Shown piece after piece: positions 47,426 to 57,530 of a DNA stretch of 64,000 nucleotides. Origin of the DNA: a virus. Taxonomy: Duplodnaviria; Caudoviricetes. Made by a program: the position numbers and the translations under genes. The notes below the pieces were generated by a model that made no database searches, had not been told where the DNA came from, and saw nothing but the letters and a program-made list of their open reading frames with translations. The stretch covers positions 128,001 to 192,000 of the IMG/VR virus record IMGVR_UViG_3300032285_003957; one strand, written 5' to 3'. The stretch's first letter is position 1, and every line of letters starts with the position of its first letter.

Positions 47426-48346
47426 ATGGCAGTAGGAAGTTATGGAATGGTAAGGCCGGCAGATGTATCACCTGCAGATGTAGATATCTATTATCATTTT
47501 GTTGCTGATAGAACTACCACATCTCAGGTTACATTACAAAAGTTGTCACCATCAGCAAATTATCTAACTCCGGTTTATCAAAACTCAGGAACAACAGATA
47601 ACCAAAATGCGGTGAATAAAGAATTGTTAGGTGGTTTATATAATTTAAAGCTAACATCTGATAAATTCTCACAATTAGGTATATACACACTTCACATAAG
47701 ACCAAAACAAATTAGAGCGTCAATCATGGATTGTGGAGTCTTAAGCTCACTTCCTTCAGTTAGAGGTTTAGTTATTGATTTAAATAATATAGCGGCTGAA
47801 GATAGAGCAAAATTTACCCCACAAGGGATGGTCGGATATCGTGTAGAATATCTAAACGATGACTACACAAAGACACCTAATTTTTATAGAATTGTTACAT
47901 CAAGTTTCTATTGTCAACCAATAGTAGCCAATTTATCAAATACAACGGATAAAGCAATTAGATATAGATATGTTGACCAATCAAGCAACTTAGTTTTTTT
48001 AACGTTAACACCAACATCCTCACCATCAAGTAGACCGAACTTTGTTCCGTTTATTGGTAAACCTGGTCAAAATATTATATTATCAAATACATATTTCAAT
48101 CCAACAACAATTGAAGTTGAAATGGTTGAACATGATGCATCTACATTGGCTAATGCTCTTTACGGTAATCAAACTAAAGCAGTTGCTCCAGGTATTTACA
48201 CAATTTACGATAAGGATAATCAAATCTATAAACAATACAACTTATACGAAATCAAAGACGAATTCAACGATACTCTATATGAAGTTAGAGAAGAAAGGAA
48301 TAATATCGATGAGACGCTTGGTTTCAACAACATAACTAACGTTTAA
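47426..48346 (+). CDS. Putative structural protein, function unknown
   Basis: 306-aa ORF after a TATTTATT motif, translationally coupled to the next gene. Confidence 0.6.
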   Translation: MAVGSYGMVRPADVSPADVDIYYHFVADRTTTSQVTLQKLSPSANYLTPVYQNSGTTDNQNAVNKELLGGLYNLKLTSDKFSQLGIYTLHIRPKQIRASIMDCGVLSSLPSVRGLVIDLNNIAAEDRAKFTPQGMVGYRVEYLNDDYTKTPNFYRIVTSSFYCQPIVANLSNTTDKAIRYRYVDQSSNLVFLTLTPTSSPSSRPNFVPFIGKPGQNIILSNTYFNPTTIEVEMVEHDASTLANALYGNQTKAVAPGIYTIYDKDNQIYKQYNLYEIKDEFNDTLYEVREERNNIDETLGFNNITNV

Positions 48347-51300
48347 TGGCAACATCAAGAACGGTAAGATTAAAAATACCAAATCAGGCTGCGAGCGGAG
48401 CGGATACATTTAGTGACAATCTTGTTGGTAATCAAATTACCGATGGAACTGGTCAATTGACCAATAGCAACTTTGCGTTAGATAAAGTAATAGTTGAAAA
48501 GGATAGTAAAGAATTTAAAACAGCAAAATTTTCTGAATTCTTAACTTTAGATAGTTTAAAAAAAGAAACATCCGCACCAACAACACAAGACACAACTGAT
48601 GGTTCTGTTAGTCAAACCAAAGATGAAAAAATTAAATTCAGAAGTTCAAAAAATGATGCAAGTAGGTCTTTGTTTGGTTCTTTAAAAGACAGAACATTTA
48701 TTTCGTTAAAAAAAATAATTACAAAGTTTCCTGCCGCCCTTTATGCTGACCCCGATTCTGTAGTCGGTATTTCTGAATTTACAGCAAAAAATATTACATA
48801 TAGTAAAGTATCTAATATAACTTCATTTGATATTGAGTATGGTAAAATATACAATCCATTAAGTATTAATTTAGTTGCACCAAATAGTGCAGATTCATTA
48901 ACTACGGATAATGATATTAAAAACATATATTCAGCTTATAAAAAATATGTTTTAGTTTATAATGGTAATCAATATGATGTTGTGGGATATGTTCAACCAA
49001 CATCATTAAATTATAACACAACAACATTTAGAGTTAAAGGTTTACCATTTGGTGATAATACTGGTGTTAGTGACTCTTTCTTAATAAGACCAAATGATGG
49101 AATAACTGAAGAGTTTTTCTTAAATTTAGATGATTTAGAATCTTTATTATTGAATAGAGATACAAGTCCAATTTATCAAGTAAATTTCAAAGTTCCAAGA
49201 GATTCGGCAGACTTAACGGGAACCGAAATGACAACATTAAGTTATAACTGGCCACTATCAAAAGACGGTTATAACATACAAATCGTAGGTTTAGATTACG
49301 AGGAATATGTTGACGCTTTAAGTAGCACAGCTCAAGAGATTGATGACTATAAATCAAATTTAGTTGTTAGATTTTTAACGGCGCCCCAATTATTTGAATT
49401 TGATACCGATGACCAAAGAGCACAAGCAATTTTTCAATTATATGGTCAATCATTCGATAGAGTAAAAAAATATATAGATAATATTGCTTACATGAGAAAT
49501 GTAAGTTATGACGGTATCAATAATGTTCCTGATGTATTATTAAAGAATTTATCAGAAACATTAGGGTTCAATACTGTTAATTTATTTGACGAAAAAACAT
49601 TAGACGAATCATTATATAGAAAACACGATACACAATATACTGCACTTGATTCAGGTAAAAGCTTAGTTGAGGCTGAAAACGAATTTTATAAAAGATTAAT
49701 AATTAATCTTGTTCATTTATATAAATCAAAAGGGACTAAAAACGCATTAACATTTTTTTTAAAGTTTTTAGGTGCACCCGAACCATTAATTAAAATTGAC
49801 GAGTATGTTTATGATGTTGATTCATCATCATTACCTACGTCAACACAAGATGATATATATAACACAATTAATGGTAATTTTGTTGAAACTATCATTACAG
49901 GTTTTTCACAAACAACTTATGCATACTCAACGGGAACAACAATACACACAACAGCATTAACTCGAGATGAATATCCAATTGACACATATAATGTCCCAAA
50001 AAGTGTTTCAAATGTTAGTGATGACATTTTCTTTCAAAAAGGAGCTGGTTGGTATGATTTAACAATAGACCATAGGTCACCAAATATTACTGATACAGCA
50101 AATTCAGTATTAACTGGTAGAATTAAAAGTGTTGTAACTAAATCAGCACCATTTACATATGGAGAAGATTATTTTCAAAATTTTAGAAAATTCCCTGGTT
50201 TAGATTATGGGTTTCAACTTACAGCAAGAGTAGTTGATAACAAAGGTGATGTTGATAATGTATTATCTGATTTTACACTTAATAGAAAAAATATTGGAAT
50301 ATATTTGTCATCAGCACGAGCTGTGGATTATGATATTTGGAGACAATCAAGAAACTTAGAACTTACTTTTGGTTCGTTGGGACCACAAACAGGATACACA
50401 TTTGCGGAGTATTTAGATTCAGCATTAAATGAAGTTATTAAAAATTCACATGTTGCTAAATTTAAACCTCACTATCCTGATTTAGTTACTGTTTACAATT
50501 CATATATTAGTAGCACACAAATTACACCATATGATTTTATTGCAATAAATGATTTCATTTATAAAATGAGTCCAATGTGGACTCAACTAATTGAACAATT
50601 TGTTCCTGCTACAACATTGTGGACTGGCGGTAATTTAATTGAAAACAATAGATTCCAAAGGTCAAAATATACATATAAAAAACCTTGTCAAGTATTTGAA
50701 TTAATTGACGACACGTATCCTGAACCAACAGGAACAACCACTTCATATTTTGTAGATGAGATAAATTATCTATGGAATCAATTAGGATTTGTGCATGACG
50801 GATCTAATGATTATCCTCAATTAAGAGATTGGCTCGAAGATGGCTACATGCAATTCTTTCCTATTTTTAAAATAGATGGTGTAACATATTCAGGTTCAAC
50901 AGACCATGTATTGATTCCACCACCACCAATCCATGCGGGATATGTTGATGCGGAAAACTATGAAGCTAAAGCAGCTTACACAGGTTATACTGGTTGCACG
51001 TATGCACTATTATCAGGCGCAACAACAAATATTAGTCCCGTAAACGGTCAATATGAAAATGCGAGATTATATAAAGATAAAAGTTCAGGAGATGACGAAC
51101 AAAATATAGATTTTGTAGGATTAAAAGCAATGTGGAAACAAGCAATTGTTAACACAGTAAGATACATTAACACATATAGTGGTTATACTGGAACAAATAA
51201 TCAATTAACATTTACACCTAATGCAGTTGGTAAAGATACTGCTTATGGAAATTCTATCAATAATCCAAGTATTACAGGAACAACAATATTACCAATATTA

Positions 51301-52932
51301 TCATATGAATTTTTTGTTAATAAAGATGGTGTTGAAAAAGTAAGATTTAAATCATACAAATATGGTCCACATAATTGCACAGTAATGAATTCATTTGATT
51401 TCTTATTTGCATATGGTTATGCGTCACCAGACCCAACACCGACTGTTACACCAACAATGACGGTAACACCAACACACACACCAACTGTTACACCAACACC
51501 GACTGTTACACCAACTATGACCGTCACACCAACAATGACGGTAACACCAACACAATCAATACCATGTGTAATTAATGCTAGCGCTGAATATAGAAGTAGC
51601 GCATGTCCGGTAACACCAACACCAACACCTACACCAACATCTGCAGCAATTGCTGTTACGCCTTCAGTTACCGTAACACCATCAACACCTTTACCAGGTT
51701 GTGGTAGCACAGTTTCAGGTAGTTGGGCATCAGGAACTAATGTTGTTCAAACAAGATATCTTGATTTAACGGCGGCAACAAATGGTGGTTTAATTACATT
51801 ACATTATACAGCAAATGAAAGACCTGACAGATTTAACATATATGATAGTTCAGATAATTTAGTTGTTACTAGTGGATGGGTTGGTTCGGATTATAACTAT
51901 ACAGGTCCGTGGACAGGCGGTGGTGGCATTGCTGATACTGATGGCGATGGATATATGTCATTTACATATGATAGTTCTAAAACATATCGTTTAACTGTTG
52001 ATGTCGGACCATGGAATCCTGCTAATCAACTTTCAGATAGTTGGTCGGTTACAATTACATGTGCAGGCGTCATAGCACCAACACCAACAGTTACAACATC
52101 ACCATCTATGACACCAACACCAACACCAAGACAAAGATACCAAGTGCAATTATGTGCAGGTAGTGGTGGTAATGGAACACAAATTTATAACATAGAAATT
52201 GCATTATCGGTTACAGTTGGTAAAACATATACATTATTAGGTTATCCTGGTGCACCTGCATTAATGAATGGTGCAAATTGTTGGAATATTAATAATGCTA
52301 ATTTTGATAACACATATGATGGAACTGCAACTTATAATGAAGAATATCCAGATTGTGCACATTGTTCAGCGGCCCCATTAACCGCATATACGGGTAGCAC
52401 ATTATTAAATGCGTGTAATGGAGTTAATGGTCAAACAACATTATGGTATAGAGGTAATTTAGGCGTTGGAACTGTATTATATAGTGATAGAAGTTTATTA
52501 GCGGATTACTTAGTGCCAACACCGGGTTATTATTACGATGTTGATAATGATAGAGTTTTACACGTTGGTGTGTTTAGTCAATATCCAAATATTCCATCAC
52601 CAGAAGATGGGTATGTTACCGACATTCAATATTGTCCTGCACCAACACCAACACCAACACCTTCACCAATTGGAGTAGCGTTAGGTGGATATATGGCATT
52701 ATCTTATGGTAGCACAGGACCTGGTGCATGTTCAGGAAGTAGTGGAACAATTAATGTTTATTATGCTTCTACTGATCCACATGGAGGTGATTTATGGTCA
52801 GGAACAACATATTATAATTTTAATGGTTTCCCATTTGATGGTAGTTCATATGGTTATTTTTCCGATGGAGTTAGTTATTATGGAACAATAAGTGAAAATG
52901 GTTATTACCAACAAGAAGGAACTTGTGAATAA
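48346..52932 (+). CDS. Baseplate wedge protein (T4 gp7 / P2 gpI-like core) fused to Pro-Thr linkers and adhesin-like modules
   Basis: FYKRLIINLVHLYKSKGTKNALTFFLKFLG motif; C-terminal PT repeats and Cys-bounded modules. Confidence 0.6.
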   Translation: MATSRTVRLKIPNQAASGADTFSDNLVGNQITDGTGQLTNSNFALDKVIVEKDSKEFKTAKFSEFLTLDSLKKETSAPTTQDTTDGSVSQTKDEKIKFRSSKNDASRSLFGSLKDRTFISLKKIITKFPAALYADPDSVVGISEFTAKNITYSKVSNITSFDIEYGKIYNPLSINLVAPNSADSLTTDNDIKNIYSAYKKYVLVYNGNQYDVVGYVQPTSLNYNTTTFRVKGLPFGDNTGVSDSFLIRPNDGITEEFFLNLDDLESLLLNRDTSPIYQVNFKVPRDSADLTGTEMTTLSYNWPLSKDGYNIQIVGLDYEEYVDALSSTAQEIDDYKSNLVVRFLTAPQLFEFDTDDQRAQAIFQLYGQSFDRVKKYIDNIAYMRNVSYDGINNVPDVLLKNLSETLGFNTVNLFDEKTLDESLYRKHDTQYTALDSGKSLVEAENEFYKRLIINLVHLYKSKGTKNALTFFLKFLGAPEPLIKIDEYVYDVDSSSLPTSTQDDIYNTINGNFVETIITGFSQTTYAYSTGTTIHTTALTRDEYPIDTYNVPKSVSNVSDDIFFQKGAGWYDLTIDHRSPNITDTANSVLTGRIKSVVTKSAPFTYGEDYFQNFRKFPGLDYGFQLTARVVDNKGDVDNVLSDFTLNRKNIGIYLSSARAVDYDIWRQSRNLELTFGSLGPQTGYTFAEYLDSALNEVIKNSHVAKFKPHYPDLVTVYNSYISSTQITPYDFIAINDFIYKMSPMWTQLIEQFVPATTLWTGGNLIENNRFQRSKYTYKKPCQVFELIDDTYPEPTGTTTSYFVDEINYLWNQLGFVHDGSNDYPQLRDWLEDGYMQFFPIFKIDGVTYSGSTDHVLIPPPPIHAGYVDAENYEAKAAYTGYTGCTYALLSGATTNISPVNGQYENARLYKDKSSGDDEQNIDFVGLKAMWKQAIVNTVRYINTYSGYTGTNNQLTFTPNAVGKDTAYGNSINNPSITGTTILPILSYEFFVNKDGVEKVRFKSYKYGPHNCTVMNSFDFLFAYGYASPDPTPTVTPTMTVTPTHTPTVTPTPTVTPTMTVTPTMTVTPTQSIPCVINASAEYRSSACPVTPTPTPTPTSAAIAVTPSVTVTPSTPLPGCGSTVSGSWASGTNVVQTRYLDLTAATNGGLITLHYTANERPDRFNIYDSSDNLVVTSGWVGSDYNYTGPWTGGGGIADTDGDGYMSFTYDSSKTYRLTVDVGPWNPANQLSDSWSVTITCAGVIAPTPTVTTSPSMTPTPTPRQRYQVQLCAGSGGNGTQIYNIEIALSVTVGKTYTLLGYPGAPALMNGANCWNINNANFDNTYDGTATYNEEYPDCAHCSAAPLTAYTGSTLLNACNGVNGQTTLWYRGNLGVGTVLYSDRSLLADYLVPTPGYYYDVDNDRVLHVGVFSQYPNIPSPEDGYVTDIQYCPAPTPTPTPSPIGVALGGYMALSYGSTGPGACSGSSGTINVYYASTDPHGGDLWSGTTYYNFNGFPFDGSSYGYFSDGVSYYGTISENGYYQQEGTCE

Positions 52933-52947
52933 AAATAAAAAAGAATT

Positions 52948-54522
52948 ATGGCAATATCGGGAATCATAACAATAGCGGATACAACAACAGCAAGTATAAC
53001 ATCTTTTGATTTATATTCATGCACGTCATCAAGTAATAGTTCTTGTAGTGGAACAGCTTTTGCTACGAACGTATCGAGAGCAAGCTTGTTGGATGGTTAT
53101 TGTAGTGATTTAATTCCAGATGGAACAACATATATAAAAGTTAATGCAAATAGCGGTGCTTGTCAAAACATTAACCCTGCTATAGTTGAATTATCGGGTG
53201 TTCCAATAATACCAACGTCAACACCTACACCAACACCGGCAGCACCAACACCAACACCAACACCAAGTAAAGCACCGGGTAGCGGATTGACAGCACATTA
53301 TTTATCAACGGGTTCAACATATGCTGAAGCGTGTGCAAATTTCAGCATACACACGGACCCATATTATGTTTACAATGACGCCACATTACAAGCAGGTAAC
53401 GTATTATGTCAAAACAATAACTGTTCAACCAAAGCACTTAATGGATATTATTCTGATGGGACAAATTATTGGCTTGTGGGAGATGGCGTTGGAGGAATTA
53501 GTGCAGGACCAACATCATGCTCAATTGTTGATATAACAACAATTGATTTAGGTGGTGTTAATTGTAGATTAGTTGGTTCTTGTAATGACAACGGCACATG
53601 TTCGGTGAGATATAATATTAACTTTGCAAATGGTAGACCATCTGCAACTCAAGTATTTGTTCAACCTATAGGTAGTAATACAGCATCTGTTGCTGTTTAT
53701 AACGATTTAGGTAATAACACAGATGTTTATTTAGATTATAGCGAAAGTAATGGGTCACAATCAATTAATTTTAGATTAATATTAAAATCATTCCCAAGTG
53801 GAAATGAAATATGTAGGTCAGGAGATTTAACTTTAAATCACAATCATGGTGGTGCACCATGGAATATGATTAGTGCATGTAGTAGTGGTACTAGTGGAAC
53901 TTCAGGTTCGTCAGGTGGTGGTGGAACATCATATTACTCATTCACTGTAGGAACTGGTTATACGGCGCATGATGCTTGTGCAGATGCGGTAAATAATACA
54001 TTAACATTATATACAACCGATAGTGCAAATAGAAATTTGGTTGACCAAACGTCATATTATAGTAATAATAGTGGAGCATTATTTACAAGCTCAGGATTCA
54101 TACGCTTCTCTGACGGAACAAATTACGGTATAATAGATCAATATGGTGTTTATTATCAAACAGATGCATGCACCAATTTACCGGTATTAGGAACAATTAC
54201 CGGATTCACATATGATACTCAAGGAACATATGATTACGGTAGCGACACAACATCATATGTGACAACCGTAACTGGACATACTAATGGTGTAGGTCCAATT
54301 ATAGCGGGTGTTTCTAATTTAGCATTAAGTGTTAAAGTATATTCCGCAAATAGAGATGAATATGCTTACGTGATGTTAGGTGGAACTGTCGGTAGTGGAA
54401 CGGAGGTAGTCGGTGAATATTCTTGGAATGGTGGATATGACCCGTATATACTTACATTATGTTTCGACCAATGGTATGCGCAAGCACAAGGTAATGTTGA
54501 CCCAACATTAAACTGTCATTAA
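52948..54522 (+). CDS. Putative fibre/decoration protein with modular Cys-bounded domains
   Basis: N-terminal module shared with 54574, a PT linker, and NGYYSDGTNY modules. Confidence 0.55.
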   Translation: MAISGIITIADTTTASITSFDLYSCTSSSNSSCSGTAFATNVSRASLLDGYCSDLIPDGTTYIKVNANSGACQNINPAIVELSGVPIIPTSTPTPTPAAPTPTPTPSKAPGSGLTAHYLSTGSTYAEACANFSIHTDPYYVYNDATLQAGNVLCQNNNCSTKALNGYYSDGTNYWLVGDGVGGISAGPTSCSIVDITTIDLGGVNCRLVGSCNDNGTCSVRYNINFANGRPSATQVFVQPIGSNTASVAVYNDLGNNTDVYLDYSESNGSQSINFRLILKSFPSGNEICRSGDLTLNHNHGGAPWNMISACSSGTSGTSGSSGGGGTSYYSFTVGTGYTAHDACADAVNNTLTLYTTDSANRNLVDQTSYYSNNSGALFTSSGFIRFSDGTNYGIIDQYGVYYQTDACTNLPVLGTITGFTYDTQGTYDYGSDTTSYVTTVTGHTNGVGPIIAGVSNLALSVKVYSANRDEYAYVMLGGTVGSGTEVVGEYSWNGGYDPYILTLCFDQWYAQAQGNVDPTLNCH

Positions 54523-54573
54523 AACTAAAAACTAATATTTATATAATAACAAAAAAATAGTAAATTAAACTAT

Positions 54574-55443
54574 ATGTCATTCTTAACTAAAATAACCCTA
54601 ACAACTGCAGGATCATCAACTGGACCTTTTGATATATACCAAAATTCGGATAACTATGCTACGGCGGTAGCTACAGGTGTAACTAAATCCGATTTAGTTG
54701 CGGGGTATACAATTTCAGTAAATGATACTACAACAAGTGTATTGGTCCAATCTTTAGGTCTATGTAACACAAGTAATATTACATTACCAATAAGTGGATT
54801 CCCAACATCAACTCCAACACCTACACCAACATTAACACCAACAGCATCCCCTGTGGGCGCTGGTGTTAGTCATATATCACTTTCAAGTGGTCATACGGTA
54901 GCAAGCGCTTGTACTGGTGCAACTCAAACTTATTACTATTCAGGTTCATTTATTAATGGTGCACAATTATGGGTAGACGCTCAATTTACAGATAATGCAC
55001 CTGGTACAAATGGTAGTCCAGTTTATTATTATTCATACGATTTCAATTCAATATATTATATTAATGATAGTGAAGGTCACAAATATGCTTCATCCGAAGT
55101 TTGTCCTACAGCGACACCGGTTGTAAACGCTAATTCATATTGGGTGAGCACAGTAGATGGGCCAACAGCAGCTACTTGTGGTGGTGATGACGTATTTGGT
55201 GTTCCTCACACGCAATTAACAGGTTTTACAGTTTATGGTAGTGCAATTTCAGGTATTTGTGATGCAACAATGATTGTTGATATGCCTGCAATTGTTAAAT
55301 CTGAAGTTCCGTTTAATGGCACATTCTGGGTTGGTAAAAAAGTTGGTGGTAATTTCTACTATAGAAAATATGTCAGAGATTCGTCAGGAACATCAGCAAC
55401 ACCAGATGGAGCATGCGTAGTTTATAATACTCCTTGTAATTAA
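54574..55443 (+). CDS. Putative fibre/decoration protein, paralogous to 52948 at the N-terminus
   Basis: ITLTTAGSSTGPFDIY...TGVTKSDLVAGY module followed by a PT linker. Confidence 0.55.
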   Translation: MSFLTKITLTTAGSSTGPFDIYQNSDNYATAVATGVTKSDLVAGYTISVNDTTTSVLVQSLGLCNTSNITLPISGFPTSTPTPTPTLTPTASPVGAGVSHISLSSGHTVASACTGATQTYYYSGSFINGAQLWVDAQFTDNAPGTNGSPVYYYSYDFNSIYYINDSEGHKYASSEVCPTATPVVNANSYWVSTVDGPTAATCGGDDVFGVPHTQLTGFTVYGSAISGICDATMIVDMPAIVKSEVPFNGTFWVGKKVGGNFYYRKYVRDSSGTSATPDGACVVYNTPCN

Positions 55444-55460
55444 AAAATATAAATTAAAAA

Positions 55461-57491
55461 ATGAGCTTTTTAGATAAGAATAACCAAGAATATATAACAG
55501 CAAGATTAACGCAAGAAGGTCGTAATGCAATCGCTAAAGGCGATTTTAAAATCGATTACTTTGCTGTTGGTGATTCTGAATATAACTATAATTTTACAAC
55601 AGGTTCACAAATGGTGTTAGCACCAATGGATAAAGATACTCAAGTAAAATATCCGTTATTATATCAAAGCGGCTCAGCAACAATATACGGAGTTCCAATT
55701 ACCGGTTCAACAACTGAAACGATTAAAAATGTGATGGGTGAAGCAGGATTTATTTCTGGTAACACATTTTCAGATGGTGCATTAGTTACATCAGGTAGTT
55801 TCACAAATATAAGCGGCGCAACTACATTAACATTAACAGTTCCAAGTGGTAAAACATATTTCGATTCAGGATATATTACATTATTCACAAATGGAGTATC
55901 AAATAAAACATTGACATCTTTTTCCAATAGTTACACCTATAAACTATTAAGTGTTTCAGGATTAACGTCAACAAGCGAAATGTTGACATTAGATAGAGCA
56001 ACACCAAATTTGTCAGGATTAACTGGTAATTTTTATATTGTTGGTAATAATTGTGAAAATGAATTCACAGTGGCAAGTGACATCAATAACACTTGTTTAC
56101 CTCCATTACCTGACCCATCTGCACAACACAATCCTTGGAAGTTGAATACTGTGTGGTCACAAAATCCAATCGGGTTTAGAACAACAGACGACAAAACAAC
56201 CGGCTTTGTCAGTGCAAAATATCATTCTGCAAAAGAATTATTAGGTTATTATTCAAATAGCGGTCAAACATTTACAGATATAACTGGTGGCACAATATCG
56301 GGAATTACATATGTTAATTCATTTGGTGAGGAAATAATGTTAAACCCTAATCAAGCAAATACAATAGCAATTGTTCATTATTCTGAAATTGGAGATTTTA
56401 TTAACGACCCTGATAGATATTACAAATATGATGATTACATAGCACATACAGGACAAACAGATAATACAAATTTTAAAATACACATTCCTTTCATAAATTA
56501 TCATAGAAACACTGGAACCACAATTGGTGCATATTTTTATATGGGAACGAGTAACAAATACATTTCATCCACACCAAATTCTTTACATAAAATAAAATAT
56601 AGAGATTTGATTGATGAACAAAATATTAAAGTTGGTAAAGTATTTGTTAATAATAAATTAATTGTTTTTGATGACCAAGAAATTGCAGCAGTTTTAGACC
56701 ATAAATCAAATAGAAATTTCACATTACCTGCACCAAAATTAGAATTAACACACTCAACAGACGGAACATATCTATTAGGTGGCACAACAGGTGAAACGCT
56801 TTATATTTCATATCTATTCTCAGGTGCAACAGGTTTAAATTCATATCCATGTAATGCAATAACAAACGTAAAATTAGAATACGAAACAGTAAAAGACGAA
56901 TGTTCTGTTACTGCGATATTACCCCCATCAGATGTTGTGGTTAAATTTACAGGTAGCACACAATTTGATTTTTTACAAACGGATAACGCTAATTTAAAGA
57001 GCGGAGTAACTATGACTAAGTTCTACATCCTTGCACAAAAAACGCAAAACAACACGTTACCAACATCAAATGGATGGAGATTAATTGATACTAATACATC
57101 ATTAACAAATGGTTATATTGCTGAGTCATCAGTTTATAATTCAATAACTAAAATTACAAAATATCAATACGATAATGCATCGATATTTTCATTGTCAGAC
57201 CATACCGGTCAATCATATTCAAATGCGACCACACAATTTGGTGACGAACAACCATTTGCAGGTTCAGTTAAATTAACAAGAGCATCCGACATTGAAGAAA
57301 TGAAATTCTTGGTAAACTTACCATCAGGTAAATTTGCAACATCACAAAATCCAACACACACAACGGGTAATCCTATGATTACTGAAATTGCGTTATTGGA
57401 TGAAAGTAAGAATGTTTTGGTTATGGGAAAAACACCTTCACCTATTTCAAGAAATTCTTCACAAGTATTTGCTGTTAAATTAGACTTCTAA
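55461..57491 (+). CDS. Tail-fibre attachment protein (P2 gpH N-terminal / DUF3751-like) with a large insertion
   Basis: N-terminal ARLTQEGRNAIA...FAVGDSE and C-terminal ITEIALLDESKNVLVMGKTPSP. Confidence 0.55.
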   Translation: MSFLDKNNQEYITARLTQEGRNAIAKGDFKIDYFAVGDSEYNYNFTTGSQMVLAPMDKDTQVKYPLLYQSGSATIYGVPITGSTTETIKNVMGEAGFISGNTFSDGALVTSGSFTNISGATTLTLTVPSGKTYFDSGYITLFTNGVSNKTLTSFSNSYTYKLLSVSGLTSTSEMLTLDRATPNLSGLTGNFYIVGNNCENEFTVASDINNTCLPPLPDPSAQHNPWKLNTVWSQNPIGFRTTDDKTTGFVSAKYHSAKELLGYYSNSGQTFTDITGGTISGITYVNSFGEEIMLNPNQANTIAIVHYSEIGDFINDPDRYYKYDDYIAHTGQTDNTNFKIHIPFINYHRNTGTTIGAYFYMGTSNKYISSTPNSLHKIKYRDLIDEQNIKVGKVFVNNKLIVFDDQEIAAVLDHKSNRNFTLPAPKLELTHSTDGTYLLGGTTGETLYISYLFSGATGLNSYPCNAITNVKLEYETVKDECSVTAILPPSDVVVKFTGSTQFDFLQTDNANLKSGVTMTKFYILAQKTQNNTLPTSNGWRLIDTNTSLTNGYIAESSVYNSITKITKYQYDNASIFSLSDHTGQSYSNATTQFGDEQPFAGSVKLTRASDIEEMKFLVNLPSGKFATSQNPTHTTGNPMITEIALLDESKNVLVMGKTPSPISRNSSQVFAVKLDF

Positions 57492-57530
57492 CACTTTACA
57501 TTTCAATTAATTTGTTTTAATTTTTATACT

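Noticed and set aside
33962-55443. Eukaryotic or giant-virus origin suggested by mucin-like, Cys-rich proteins
   Set aside because: The surrounding sheath, tube, gp25, gp6, gp32 and gp46/47 genes and intrinsic terminators identify a bacteriophage.
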